The notes: generated from the letters alone by a model not told the origin. DNA of 64,000 nt from an uncultured Gammaproteobacteria bacterium (GCA_964588955.1 CAZPQJ010000002.1:58078-122077); one strand, 5' to 3'; shown: positions 37,190-46,656, numbered from the stretch's first letter. Translations and numbers: made by a program.

Positions 37190-37342
37190 ATGCCAAAGCG
37201 AACGTATCAGCCAAAAAAGCGCCGCGTGGTTAAAGTACACGGCTTTCGTTCTCGTATGTCGACCAAAAATGGTCGCAATGTTTTGAAGTCCCGTAAAGCC
37301 AAAGGACGCAAACGTTTGGTTGTCAAACTCAAGAAAAAATAG
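37190..37342 (+). CDS. rpmH: 50S ribosomal protein L34
   Basis: [43 protein letters not shown], read by hand. Confidence 0.95.
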   Translation: MPKRTYQPKKRRVVKVHGFRSRMSTKNGRNVLKSRKAKGRKRLVVKLKKK

Positions 37343-37682
37343 ACATTTTGTGAGCCTGAAGAATGATCAGGACATTAAAAAGGTCTTTGCCAAAGGAAAA
37401 GGGGTTTACGACGACTTGTGCGGAATCAAATTCATTCGCAATGGGCTGGAAGAAACACGATTTGCCATTGTCGTTGGAGTGAAAGTGGCAAAGAAAGCAG
37501 TGGCGCGAAACAGGCTCAAACGCCAAATTCGCGCCATTTTAGCTAATAATAGCAAAAATATTATCACTGGCTTTGATGTGGTGATTTTGACGCGCACACC
37601 AGCAATTGGCAAAAAGGCGTCCGAAATACGCACCCACCTGTTGCGTGCGTTGGAAAAGGGAAAGTTATTAAAAAATGACTAA
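37320..37682 (+). CDS. rnpA: ribonuclease P protein component (start uncertain)
   Basis: [17 protein letters not shown] motif; synteny after rpmH. Confidence 0.9.
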   Translation: MSNSRKNRHFVSLKNDQDIKKVFAKGKGVYDDLCGIKFIRNGLEETRFAIVVGVKVAKKAVARNRLKRQIRAILANNSKNIITGFDVVILTRTPAIGKKASEIRTHLLRALEKGKLLKND

Positions 37683-37935
37683 CTTTAGTACAATAATTTC
37701 TTTTCCGTTGCTAAAAGCGATTCGGTTCTATCAAAAGACGCTTTCGCCGGATCACGGTCCCCTTCGGATGCTCCACCCAGGAGGTTTTTGCCGATTTTAC
37801 CCGACCTGTTCTGAGTACGGGCACCAGGCAATCCAGACACACGGGGTAATAAAAGGCCTCGCCCTTAGTATTTGGAGGGTCTTGCGGTGCCACCCCTGGG
37901 CAAAAGGCGGTCTCGACCCTATCCCCAACAAATAA
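37675..37935 (+). CDS. yidD: membrane protein insertion efficiency factor
   Basis: [10 protein letters not shown] and [12 protein letters not shown] motifs. Confidence 0.93.
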   Translation: MTNFSTIISFPLLKAIRFYQKTLSPDHGPLRMLHPGGFCRFYPTCSEYGHQAIQTHGVIKGLALSIWRVLRCHPWAKGGLDPIPNK

Positions 37936-37980
37936 CAAAACCGCCCTTGGTCTTCGGTGGCTCGGGCGGTTTTGGTTTGT
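37934..37980. terminator. bidirectional terminator
   Basis: AAAACCGCCC...GGGCGGTTTT. Confidence 0.7.
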
Positions 37981-37988
37981 TTTGGTTC

Positions 37989-38087
37989 TTAAGCGCAGGA
38001 GCAGTTCTCCATCGCTTCCTGGCACGTTTCACATTTGGCTTCGCACTGGCACTCGGCGTTGAGGCAGATACCGCAGGTCTCTTCCAT
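37989..38087 (-). CDS. 32-aa 8-Cys metallothionein-like microprotein MEETCGICLNAECQCEAKCETCQEAMENCSCA
   Basis: read by hand; TGCTATACT extended -10 upstream and terminator downstream. Confidence 0.65.
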   Translation of the reverse strand: MEETCGICLNAECQCEAKCETCQEAMENCSCA

Positions 38088-38148
38088 AAAGAGGAAAGAT
38101 TAATTGTACGCAAGAGTATAGCAGATTATTCTTGTTTTGTCAATGATT

Positions 38149-39195
38149 CTAGTCTTTTTCCTCGGGTTCTGAAGTAATCTCTGCTTCGCCCGCCTCGATT
38201 TTTTTAAGGATTTCTTTGCGAATTGACGCCATCATCTTTGGATTCAAGCGCAGAGCCATGCGAGAATTTTCGCGCCCAAGACCAATACGTTCTTCTCCAA
38301 ACGAATAGGTGTTGCCGTTTTTATTTACGACTCCAAAGCGTACGCCGACGTCCAGCAAGTCGCTGGCGGTAGAAATGCCTTCGTTGTACATAATGTCGAA
38401 TTCGCAGGTGCGGAACGGCGGAGCGACCTTGTTTTTGACCACTTTCACCTTCACACGGTTGCCAATAATCGCATCGCCTTGTTTGATTTGCGCGGCACGG
38501 CGGATTTCAATGCGAATAGAACAGTAAAATTTGAGAGCATTGCCTCCAGGGGTCGTTTCTGGGTTGCCAAACATAACCCCGATTTTGTGGCGGATTTGGT
38601 TGATAAAAATTACTGTGGTGTTGGATTTGGAGATGATGCCAGCCAGTTTGCGCAACGCTTGCGACATAAGGCGAGCCTGCAAGCCCATATGAGAATCTCC
38701 CATTTCCCCCTCAATTTCTGCCTTAGGCGTAAGAGCCGCCACGGAGTCTACAACCACAACGTCCACGGCATTTGAACGCACGAGGGTCTCCACAATTTCC
38801 AGTGCTTGTTCACCAGTATCCGGTTGGCTAATAAACAACTCGTCGATTTTTACTCCAATCTTTTCCGCGTAGTCTGGATCCAAGGCGTGCTCGGCATCAA
38901 CATAAGCCGCAATCCCCCCTGTTTTTTGCACTTCGGCAACAATGTGCTGGGCCAATGTGGTTTTACCAGAAGACTCAGGACCAAAAATCTCAATAATGCG
39001 CCCACGCGGCACTCCACCGACCCCCAAGGCTAAGTCGATCGACAAACAGCCAGTAGAGATGGCGTCGATTTCCATGGTTTTGGCTTCCCCAAGGCGCATG
39101 ATCGATCCTTCCCCAAATCGCTGCTTAATCTGGCTAATCGCCTCCATCGCCGCCTTTCCTTTCCCGGTCTCTTCTTTCGCGTCTACTTTTGCCAT
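38149..39195 (-). CDS. recA: recombinase A
   Basis: [30 protein letters not shown] and GGNALKFY motifs. Confidence 0.98.
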   Translation of the reverse strand: MAKVDAKEETGKGKAAMEAISQIKQRFGEGSIMRLGEAKTMEIDAISTGCLSIDLALGVGGVPRGRIIEIFGPESSGKTTLAQHIVAEVQKTGGIAAYVDAEHALDPDYAEKIGVKIDELFISQPDTGEQALEIVETLVRSNAVDVVVVDSVAALTPKAEIEGEMGDSHMGLQARLMSQALRKLAGIISKSNTTVIFINQIRHKIGVMFGNPETTPGGNALKFYCSIRIEIRRAAQIKQGDAIIGNRVKVKVVKNKVAPPFRTCEFDIMYNEGISTASDLLDVGVRFGVVNKNGNTYSFGEERIGLGRENSRMALRLNPKMMASIRKEILKKIEAGEAEITSEPEEKD

Positions 39196-39292
39196 AAAGT
39201 TTCAGATTACAAAACCCCGCGTCTTGCGAGGCCTCCTTGATAGGAGGATTATAACATAGAACGTTTCGGTGGTGATACCTTTTAGAATAGTG

Positions 39293-39466
39293 TTACGTTG
39301 GTGAGTGTTTCAAGAAGGACTGGGTGAGGGTCTTTTCTCTATTTTCTAAGTATTGCTGGATGGCGTGGCGGAAAAACTCAGACTTGCTGGCGTATCCCCA
39401 AGCCACTTTGGCCTTTTCAATATTGTCGAACAGAGCGTCCGGTACGTTGACGATCAGTTTTCTCAT
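39293..39466 (-). CDS. 57-aa ribbon-helix-helix (CopG-like) protein
   Basis: MRKLIVNVPDALFDNIEKAKVAWGYASKSEFFRHAIQQYL, read by hand. Confidence 0.75.
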   Translation of the reverse strand: MRKLIVNVPDALFDNIEKAKVAWGYASKSEFFRHAIQQYLENREKTLTQSFLKHSPT

Positions 39467-39619
39467 GTGGTTTGGTTTAGGTATGTTTTATGACTGTTTT
39501 GTATATGCATGGCGCTATCTAACGCGCACCTAAGTGAAAATCGACCTTTCTGTTTGTGTCGTCGTAGCGTTGACACCTCGGCTGTTTCATGAGAGGATCA
39601 GACGTCCCCGAGGTCAATC

Positions 39620-40228
39620 ATGGAATCGTTGCTGTACCGCGCCATGCACTTCTTCAACCACGACCGCTGTGCCGATATCGGTCGCATGCTCATCGGTGTA
39701 AAGTTCATCGCGGTCATGGGTCCTGCATCGATCGTGGTCGTGTGTTCGCTTCTTTCTCTGTTCCACATCGTCTTTTTTGGGAGCTTCGACGAGTACGGGG
39801 CGGAGAGTGTCGGACTGCTTTGTTTGGGGGCCACGCTCTTGTATGCGGCGCACTACGACCTTGAGGCCAGCTACCGCTACCACGGGCTCCTCACCAACGG
39901 TCTCTATTACCTGTTCGCCCCCTATCACTGGGTGGCGCTCAAGGTCTACGTCGCTTACACGCGGTGTGCCCACCGGACGAAGGAAGTGCATCGCGAGGTC
40001 CGCTACGCCTGGCAGGACTACGTCGTGACCACTTGGCGGCATCGGTTTTGGCTCAAGCGGGTCGATGGGGCGACCTGGATCCTTCCGTTGGGGCCGTTGC
40101 TCGCCACCCCGTTCGTGTGGCAGGCGACCAACCCGCTCCTTCTCGTCGGCATGATCTTGCTCGGCTGTGCTGCAGTCGTCTCCGATGCATTCTGGCACTA
40201 CAACAGGCTCGTGCGCTCGATCGACTGA
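39620..40228 (+). CDS. GC-rich orphan membrane protein
   Basis: GAGGT SD, TTGACA upstream, several TM segments. Confidence 0.65.
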   Translation: MESLLYRAMHFFNHDRCADIGRMLIGVKFIAVMGPASIVVVCSLLSLFHIVFFGSFDEYGAESVGLLCLGATLLYAAHYDLEASYRYHGLLTNGLYYLFAPYHWVALKVYVAYTRCAHRTKEVHREVRYAWQDYVVTTWRHRFWLKRVDGATWILPLGPLLATPFVWQATNPLLLVGMILLGCAAVVSDAFWHYNRLVRSID

Positions 40229-40321
40229 GCGTCTCACTCATTTCTCACCGCGTCGGTCTAGCTGGATCGACGCGGTGCTACGTTTAAAAGTTAAGAATAA
40301 AAGTCAAACTTGTGTAAACGC

Positions 40322-40356
40322 AAAGCTCCAGCACTTTTTTAGAGTACTGGAGCTTA
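40322..40356. terminator. bidirectional hairpin terminator
   Basis: AAGCTCCAGCACT...AGTACTGGAGCTT. Confidence 0.6.
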
Positions 40357-40392
40357 TTGTTGAATTTAGTTAATCACGAAAAACGCCTTTTG

Positions 40393-41109
40393 TCAAGGGA
40401 TGACTGTGGGTAACGGACCAGAAATACCGATTGTTTGAGCGTTATTTTCCAAAACCACGCGTCGATACACGGTTGATGTTTGCGAATAACGTTTTTTGGC
40501 AGAAACGGTGATGAGATTTAATCCGCGATCAAGATCCACATCGGCGACAAAACTGCCGTCTTTGTTCAAAAGAATTCTTTGGCCATTAACCTCCACTTCT
40601 GCTTGCTCAAAAACTTTACCGGTTACGCTGACCATAGCTGAATTGGTGGTGAGTCCGTCGATCGGCGCGGCGATTTCGATGGTCGGTGGAATTAAAATGC
40701 GGCGTACTTCAACACCCAAGTACACCAGAACCAAAGAGGCTACTAGTCCTAAAGCGGCGAAGCGGAAAATACGCGGGGTGACTAAAAAGCGTGCACGGCG
40801 GACTTTTTGGCGCGGTAAAAGTAGTGGGTCAACAAGATCACAGGTGCCGCGGGCGTCTTCAAACCCTTGCAAAAAGTAGCGCTCGTCTCCGCCCAAGTAG
40901 CGCACGTAACTGCGCAAAAAGTTGCGAGTATAAATTGGCTCGGGTAATTGGTGAAAGGCATCAGCTTCAAGTGCTAGAATAATTTTTTCTTGCACATGAG
41001 TCGCTTCCGCAATCTGAGCAACATTAAGTCCGCGATCGTGACGAAGCGCCTTCAGCTTTTTTCCAAAGCTTGCTCCGGTTTGTTCAACTTTGCGTACGGA
41101 AAAACCCAT
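40393..41109 (-). CDS. RodZ-like HTH membrane protein with C-terminal Ig-like domain
   Basis: N-terminal HTH (LPEPIYTRNFLRSY), one TM, beta-rich C-terminus. Confidence 0.8.
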   Translation of the reverse strand: MGFSVRKVEQTGASFGKKLKALRHDRGLNVAQIAEATHVQEKIILALEADAFHQLPEPIYTRNFLRSYVRYLGGDERYFLQGFEDARGTCDLVDPLLLPRQKVRRARFLVTPRIFRFAALGLVASLVLVYLGVEVRRILIPPTIEIAAPIDGLTTNSAMVSVTGKVFEQAEVEVNGQRILLNKDGSFVADVDLDRGLNLITVSAKKRYSQTSTVYRRVVLENNAQTIGISGPLPTVIP

Positions 41110-41112
41110 AAG

Positions 41113-43434
41113 CTAGTGCTTGGTTTCATCAATAAACCAATCTTGGTCTTCGTCCCCCTGCTCCTCTTTTTTCTCATTGGCCTCCGGAACTGTGATTTCC
41201 GGCGAGGGTATTTCTGGCTCGACCGGCTCATCCACCGCATCGGTCGCGTCGTCGAGCATCGAAGCATTTTCGCTCTCAAATGTTTCCTCGTCTTCTTCCG
41301 CTTGTCCAGCCGGTGGCCATTCCTTGATTAAGATTTCTCGCGGTTTGGCTCCTTCGCCAGGACCCACAATACCATTTTGTTCGAGTAAGTCGACAATGCG
41401 TGCCGCGCGGGCATAGCCGAGCTTTAGGCGTCGCTGCAATAGCGAAGTGGAGCACTTTCCGGCCTCGAGCACGACTTGGATAGCCTCTTCCAGCATTGGA
41501 TCGGAGTCCTCGTCATTCATCATATCGAGAACAGTGCCGGTTTTTTGTTTTTCGGTGATGGTGTAATTGTAGTCCGGTTCACCCACCCGGCGCAGGAACT
41601 TCACCACCTTTTCAATTTCTCCATCAGAAACATATGGTCCTTGCAAGCGCTTGGGTTTGCCGAGTTCGGCCGAGGAATAGAGCATGTCGCCACGCCCTAG
41701 CAGTTTTTCCGCACCAGAGGTATCTAAAATCGTACGAGAATCGATTTGGCTAGCCACCGCAAAGGCGATGCGGGTAGGCACGTTGGCTTTAATGATACCG
41801 GTGATAACGTCTACACTCGGACGTTGCGTGGCTAACACTAAGTGAATACCGACCGCGCGAGCCATTTGAGCGATGCGCACGATCGATCCTTCCACTTCGT
41901 TACGGCAAGTGGTCATGAGGTCGGCCAACTCGTCGATGATAATCACGAGCTTAGGGATTTTGGCCTCGGCTTTAGCGTTGTAACTGTCGAGTTCGCGTGC
42001 TCCGAACTTGGATAAAATGTCTAAGCGCCGTTCCATTTCACGCACTGCCCACTTGAGAGCGTTCACCGTGTCGTCGACTTTGGTAATCGGCGGGATCAGC
42101 AAGTGTGGAATACCCGCGTAAACGGTCATCTCCACCCGCTTTGGATCGACCATGATGAACTTCAAATCATCAGGCCCGTTTTGGTAGAGCAAACTCAAAA
42201 TAATTGAATGTAAACAGACACTTTTTCCAGAGCCCGTCGCTCCGGCCACCAGCATATGGGGCATCTTTTCCAATCGCACAACCCACGGCGTGCCAGAAAC
42301 GTCTTTTCCAAGGGCGATGGAAGTATTTGAGAGGCGGCTCTTAAACTGCTTAGATTCCAAAATATCTTTGAGACAGACGATTGCCGCTGACTGGTTTGGG
42401 ACTTCGACTCCCACAAGCGATTTGCCTGGGATCGGTGCCTCAATACGAATGGGGTGCGCGGCGAGTGCTAAAGCGAGGTCGTTTTGTAATCCCAAAATGC
42501 GAGCCAGCTTGACTCCTTCGGCTGGCCGGAAGGAGTACTGGGTAACGGTTGGGCCAATTTGTGACTCCCCCATCTCGACATCAATACCGAATTGCGAAAG
42601 GGTTTTCTGAATAATCTCGCGGTTTTTTACTAAGTCTCCAGAGTTGGCTTTGGAACTGCGGGATTCCAGCAAATCGAAAGGAATTTCCACTTTGCGGTGA
42701 GTTTTACTGGAAAGCACCTGCTCTTCAGGTTCTTTGGTTCCGCCAGAAACGGGAGATTTACGAAAGGCCGGGGCGATGGCAGGCTCCTCTGCTTCGTCTT
42801 CTGCAGGGTCCTCGTCCTCCTCGCTTACAGAATCCTCGTCGTCTACGGGCTGGACGTCGTCCTGCGCGCCACGGCGGTGCAACAGTTCTCCAAAGCGTCC
42901 GGTAACGTGGGTGTGCACGGTTAAGACAGAGCGCAATGAGGTGTTAAAAAGCAACATTAAGGCGACGAGTAGGAGAGAGGCGCTTATGACGAGTGAGCCC
43001 CACAGACCCGTTAAGGCAAAAAAGATTTGATAGAGCATGGCACCCACGTATCCGCCGGCACTGCCGAGTTCGGTAAGCGAACTTGGAATTTCGTTTCTGA
43101 AAGCGACGAGGTTTACGATGGCGTTAAATGAAAGGAAAAATAGTACGAGCCCAATGTAGTTCCAGGCGGAAAGCCGTACACGCTCAAACATGAGCGAAGC
43201 ACCGACCAAAACGAGCGAAGCGGGCACGAGCAAGCGATCCCAGCCAAACAGAAGGGAGGCAAAACGATCGATCGCATCACCTCCGCTGCCGGCCAGCCCC
43301 ACATACGACAAAAATAAAATGGCTGCCAGCGCAAAAAACAGAACAACGAGGATCCCGCGCTTGGTCTCGGGATTGAGATGCAGCTTGGGGGCCTCGTGTT
43401 CCTCTTCTTTTTTATGTCTGCGTCTTCGTGCCAT
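41113..43434 (-). CDS. ftsK: DNA translocase FtsK/SpoIIIE
   Basis: 4TM N-terminus, PHMLVAGATGSGKS, IIDELADLM, ATQRPSVDVITG and gamma domain. Confidence 0.96.
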   Translation of the reverse strand: MARRRRHKKEEEHEAPKLHLNPETKRGILVVLFFALAAILFLSYVGLAGSGGDAIDRFASLLFGWDRLLVPASLVLVGASLMFERVRLSAWNYIGLVLFFLSFNAIVNLVAFRNEIPSSLTELGSAGGYVGAMLYQIFFALTGLWGSLVISASLLLVALMLLFNTSLRSVLTVHTHVTGRFGELLHRRGAQDDVQPVDDEDSVSEEDEDPAEDEAEEPAIAPAFRKSPVSGGTKEPEEQVLSSKTHRKVEIPFDLLESRSSKANSGDLVKNREIIQKTLSQFGIDVEMGESQIGPTVTQYSFRPAEGVKLARILGLQNDLALALAAHPIRIEAPIPGKSLVGVEVPNQSAAIVCLKDILESKQFKSRLSNTSIALGKDVSGTPWVVRLEKMPHMLVAGATGSGKSVCLHSIILSLLYQNGPDDLKFIMVDPKRVEMTVYAGIPHLLIPPITKVDDTVNALKWAVREMERRLDILSKFGARELDSYNAKAEAKIPKLVIIIDELADLMTTCRNEVEGSIVRIAQMARAVGIHLVLATQRPSVDVITGIIKANVPTRIAFAVASQIDSRTILDTSGAEKLLGRGDMLYSSAELGKPKRLQGPYVSDGEIEKVVKFLRRVGEPDYNYTITEKQKTGTVLDMMNDEDSDPMLEEAIQVVLEAGKCSTSLLQRRLKLGYARAARIVDLLEQNGIVGPGEGAKPREILIKEWPPAGQAEEDEETFESENASMLDDATDAVDEPVEPEIPSPEITVPEANEKKEEQGDEDQDWFIDETKH

Positions 43435-43454
43435 AGGCACGGCAGATTTTACCA

Positions 43455-44021
43455 CTAATTCTGAATCCGCTCCACGTATTCGCCCGTTTCGGTGTTTACG
43501 GCGATGGTTTCCCCTTCTTTTATGAAGATCGGCACGTGTACGGTAAGACCGTTGTCGACCACCACTTCTTTAGTGACGTTGCCGCCGGCAGTGTCTCCTT
43601 TAATGGCCATCGGCGAGGAAACGACTTTATATTGGATCTTTTTTGGCACTTCAATGGCAATGGGGTTTTCTCCATGAGTCATGATCATTACCGGCAACCC
43701 CTCTTTCAAGTATTTGACGTCGTCGCCGATCATCTCTGGCTGCAAGGTCATTTGTTCGTAGGAAACGTTGTCCATGAAGGTGTGGCCTGTTTGGTCGCCG
43801 TACAAATACTGCATGTTTTTGTAGGAGACTTCCTCGAAAGTGAGGGTTTCGGCAGATTTGAACGAGTTTTCTTGAATCTTACCGGTGCGGATGTTGCGGA
43901 TGCGCGTGCGCACGAACGAACTCCCCTTTCCTGGGGAGACACGTTGAAACTCAACCACAATCCAGAGATCGTTGTTGAGGTTAATGACGGTGCCCTTTTT
44001 GATGTCGTTTGGTGATGGCAT
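43455..44021 (-). CDS. efp: elongation factor P
   Basis: VSPGKGSSFVRT, KGDT and VPIFI motifs. Confidence 0.95.
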   Translation of the reverse strand: MPSPNDIKKGTVINLNNDLWIVVEFQRVSPGKGSSFVRTRIRNIRTGKIQENSFKSAETLTFEEVSYKNMQYLYGDQTGHTFMDNVSYEQMTLQPEMIGDDVKYLKEGLPVMIMTHGENPIAIEVPKKIQYKVVSSPMAIKGDTAGGNVTKEVVVDNGLTVHVPIFIKEGETIAVNTETGEYVERIQN

Positions 44022-44030
44022 AGGTTGAAT

Positions 44031-44152
44031 AAATACGAAATTCGAATGTCGAAATCCGAAATAAGCGGAAAATTCGAATGGAAAATGTTTAAAGATTTTC
44101 TTTTTCCTTTTCGAATTTGTTTGGTACTTCGGATTTAGGGTTTCGGATTTTT
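44031..44152. repeat. heptamer-repeat inverted (MITE-like) element, copy 2
   Basis: reverse complement shares CTAAATCCGAAGTACCAAACA with copy 1; supplies the last codons and stop of epmA. Confidence 0.7.
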
Positions 44153-45124
44153 AAATAGTAGTCTTGCCGGGAATGCGAGGACGTCTTCAATCGACTTCGC
44201 TCCCGTGAGAAGCATGAGCAAGCGATCGACCCCCAGGGCGTTTCCGAAGGTCGGTTGGCGCAGGGATGGTAGCCCGGCAAGGAGGTCTTCGTCAATGGGG
44301 AACCGGGTTTTGCCCAGGCGAGACCGTTCGGCTGTTTCTTCCTCGAACCTGCGGCGCTGTTCGGCTGCGTCCGTAAGTTCGGTAAAGGCATTACAGAGCT
44401 CTGTACCTTGGATATAAAGCTCAAAACGCTCCGCGTACTTTCCATCAGGGGTGAGGCACGACAAGGCGGCTTGTTCACGAGGAAAGTCGTAAACAAAGGC
44501 TCCTGTGGTTGGGAGTTTGGTTTCAATTTGGGTCAAAAAGATCCGATGAAAGAGGTCAGACCATGTGTCTGTTGGGTCTGTTGTTAGGCCTAAGCGTTCA
44601 CATCTGGCACGGAGTTCCTCGGCTGTGGCCCCGTCGAGTTCGACGCCGGAGGCAGCTTTGAAAGCAGTAGGAATGTGGACGCGCGCAAAGGGAAATGTCA
44701 GCTTTGACTCTGGAAATTGCTTGGCACAATGTTTGATCAAGGCCTCAGTTTCATCCATCCCAAGGTTGTAATCAGCCCCCTGTTGGTACCACTCGATCAT
44801 GGTGAACTCTGGGTTGTGTTGCTTTGGGGCGTCGTCGACGAAGAAGTCACTATTACGAAAGACCTTCGTGAGGGTGAAGATCTTTTGTAATCCTGCACCA
44901 AGGAGCTTTTTCATGGAGAACTCGGGACTAGTAATGAGTCCGCCCGGATAGGTCGAACCATCCGCTCCGACGAGTGTTGTTTCGAATGGTGTGAGTGCCG
45001 GCGACATGTCTGGTGAAGCAACGAGGATAGGAGTTTCCACTTCCAGGTATCCGCGCGAGACGAAAAAGCCACGGATTGCCGCGTTTAGGGTGTTGCGATC
45101 TTCAAACAGTTTTTGTAAGTCCAT
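44135..45124 (-). CDS. epmA: EF-P lysine aminoacylase (EpmA/GenX/PoxA)
   Basis: LEVETP, TSPEFSMKKLL, HNPEFTMIEWY, RFELY, ELCNAFTEL and GVDRL motifs; adjacent to efp. Confidence 0.9.
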   Translation of the reverse strand: MDLQKLFEDRNTLNAAIRGFFVSRGYLEVETPILVASPDMSPALTPFETTLVGADGSTYPGGLITSPEFSMKKLLGAGLQKIFTLTKVFRNSDFFVDDAPKQHNPEFTMIEWYQQGADYNLGMDETEALIKHCAKQFPESKLTFPFARVHIPTAFKAASGVELDGATAEELRARCERLGLTTDPTDTWSDLFHRIFLTQIETKLPTTGAFVYDFPREQAALSCLTPDGKYAERFELYIQGTELCNAFTELTDAAEQRRRFEEETAERSRLGKTRFPIDEDLLAGLPSLRQPTFGNALGVDRLLMLLTGAKSIEDVLAFPARLLFKNPKP

Positions 45125-45131
45125 AGAAACA

Positions 45132-45206
45132 GCGAAGGCGGGGCACAGTGGCCCCGCCTATCGGTTATCTCCCCTCCTTACCGATAAGGAGGGGTTGGGG
45201 GTGGTC
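45132..45206. repeat. two adjacent REP-like palindromes
   Basis: AGGCGGGGC-ACAGTG-GCCCCGCCT and CCCCTCCTTA-CCGA-TAAGGAGGGG-TTGGGGGTGG. Confidence 0.5.
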
Positions 45207-45439
45207 TATTTTTGGACGAAGGGCAGCAAGGCCATGATGCGCGCGCGTTTAATAGCGCCGGAAAGGTCGCGTTGGTGCCAGTTGCAGACGCCCGATCGCT
45301 TGCGTGGGACGATCTTTCCGAAGGAAGAAACGAAACGGCGCAGAACGGTCGTGTCTTTGTAGTCCACGTCGTGGAGTTTGTTGACGCAGAACCAGCAGTG
45401 GCGCTGGGTGGAATTGGAATTTTTCTTATTGAAGGCCAT
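45206..45439 (-). CDS. rpsR: 30S ribosomal protein S18 (Zn-binding type)
   Basis: CWFC, DYKD, GKIVPR, C..HQR and AIKRAR motifs. Confidence 0.95.
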   Translation of the reverse strand: MAFNKKNSNSTQRHCWFCVNKLHDVDYKDTTVLRRFVSSFGKIVPRKRSGVCNWHQRDLSGAIKRARIMALLPFVQK

Positions 45440-45445
45440 AGGAGA

Positions 45446-45913
45446 TTAAAAAGGAATGTCTTCGACTTTGATTTCGTCGTCCGGAGAAACGCTTGGTTCG
45501 TCTTGGCTCATGGGAGGAGTCATGGAAGGCTTGCCGGCGCCGGCTTGGGTGAAAGCTCCGGTTGATCCCGGTATGCCGCCCGGCGCGCCGAGCATGATCA
45601 TGTTTTCCAAAACGATTTCCGTGCGATAGCGTTTGACGCCGTCTTGTCCCTCCCAGTCGCGGGTCTGCAAACGGCCGTCGACGTAGATTTTCTTACCCTT
45701 GGTGAGGTACTGGCCGCAGATTTCGGCGAGTTTGCCCCAAGCTACAAGGTTGTGGAATTCTGTTTGTTCTTGTTTGGCTCCAGCAGTGTCTTTCCAGGTA
45801 CGGCTCGTGGCTAGTCCGAAGGAACAGACCGATTGGCCGCTCGGAATCTGTTTCAATTCCGGGTCGCGGGTCAGGTTGCCGATCAACATGACTTTATTGA
45901 GAGAACCTGCCAT
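45446..45913 (-). CDS. ssb: single-stranded DNA-binding protein
   Basis: NKVMLIGNLTRDPE and C-terminal DIPF. Confidence 0.97.
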   Translation of the reverse strand: MAGSLNKVMLIGNLTRDPELKQIPSGQSVCSFGLATSRTWKDTAGAKQEQTEFHNLVAWGKLAEICGQYLTKGKKIYVDGRLQTRDWEGQDGVKRYRTEIVLENMIMLGAPGGIPGSTGAFTQAGAGKPSMTPPMSQDEPSVSPDDEIKVEDIPF

Positions 45914-45916
45914 AGA

Positions 45917-46417
45917 TTAAACGTTTTCGTTTGTGCCTTCCAAAATAGCGTCAAGCTTTTTGTCGAGCTCTTCCACGGTCATGTCCGGACCTTTCTTCAT
46001 GGGAGCCGAAGAGGTTGGCGCAGTTGGGCCTTTGCGTTTCAAATCACGTTCGCCGCGACGCATGGCAAAGCCTTCTTCGTTGATTGGCGATTGATAGGCC
46101 TCGAGTTTGTAAACGCGTTTCTCCGCGCCTTCTGGGCGAGAGGTGAGCTGATGACGGAGAACGTTTTCGTTCAAGCGCAAGTCGTTTTCCAACTTGGCAA
46201 TCACCGCACCCTCAGCATCAAATTGCACCAGCATGTAAAAGCCGTGCTTTTGGTGTTTGATCGGGTAGGCGAGCTTGAGCTTACCCAAGTTCTCGTCGCG
46301 GATGACGGTGGCCCCGGTGGCCTTAATAAGATCGGTCACTTTGGTGGCGGCAGTCTCGGCTTCGGCGTCGGTCATCACCGCCGGGATGATGTACAACAGT
46401 TCGTACTGTTTGATCAT
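45917..46417 (-). CDS. rpsF: 30S ribosomal protein S6
   Basis: YELLYII and GKLKLAYPIK motifs; synteny with ssb-rpsR. Confidence 0.95.
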   Translation of the reverse strand: MIKQYELLYIIPAVMTDAEAETAATKVTDLIKATGATVIRDENLGKLKLAYPIKHQKHGFYMLVQFDAEGAVIAKLENDLRLNENVLRHQLTSRPEGAEKRVYKLEAYQSPINEEGFAMRRGERDLKRKGPTAPTSSAPMKKGPDMTVEELDKKLDAILEGTNENV

Positions 46418-46423
46418 AGCTGG

Positions 46424-46545
46424 AGAACGTTCACATTTGGTCTATTTTCGACTCACGGAGCCTCGGCGTCTTCGTCGACGTATGGCGTATACGTCTCCTT
46501 GTCGCCACTCCGTTCATCGAAACTAGCCTCAAATCTGAACGTTCT
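46424..46545 (-). repeat. long imperfect hairpin element, copy 2 (GA-GACGTAT/ATACGTC-GA core)
   Basis: 122-nt fold-back in the rpsF 5' UTR; core shared with 15344-15470. Confidence 0.7.
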
Positions 46546-46549
46546 ATTA

Positions 46550-46594
46550 TTCCGCCCCGAGTTGCTCGGGGAACCCTTAAGGGCTATGGACGAA
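46550..46594 (-). promoter_or_regulatory. possible S6:S18-type ribosomal protein leader
   Basis: TTCGTCC-ATA-GCCC-TTAA-GGGT-TCC-CCGAG-CAA-CTCGG-GGCGGAA multi-stem structure upstream of rpsF. Confidence 0.35.
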
Positions 46595-46656
46595 TTAGTA
46601 GCCGAACTCTAGCGAAGTTAGCCAAAAAGGTCAAGTCCCCCTATAATGCCCCTACT

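Noticed and set aside
37919-38113. 64-aa ORF from the track
   Set aside because: It runs through the terminator and overlaps yidD. The 32-aa Cys-rich frame fits the promoter and terminator better.
46424-46545. 6S RNA, SRP RNA or a LexA box (GAACGTTC)
   Set aside because: It has no large central bubble or SRP loop motif, and GAAC/GTTC lacks the 4-nt spacer of Gram-positive SOS boxes.
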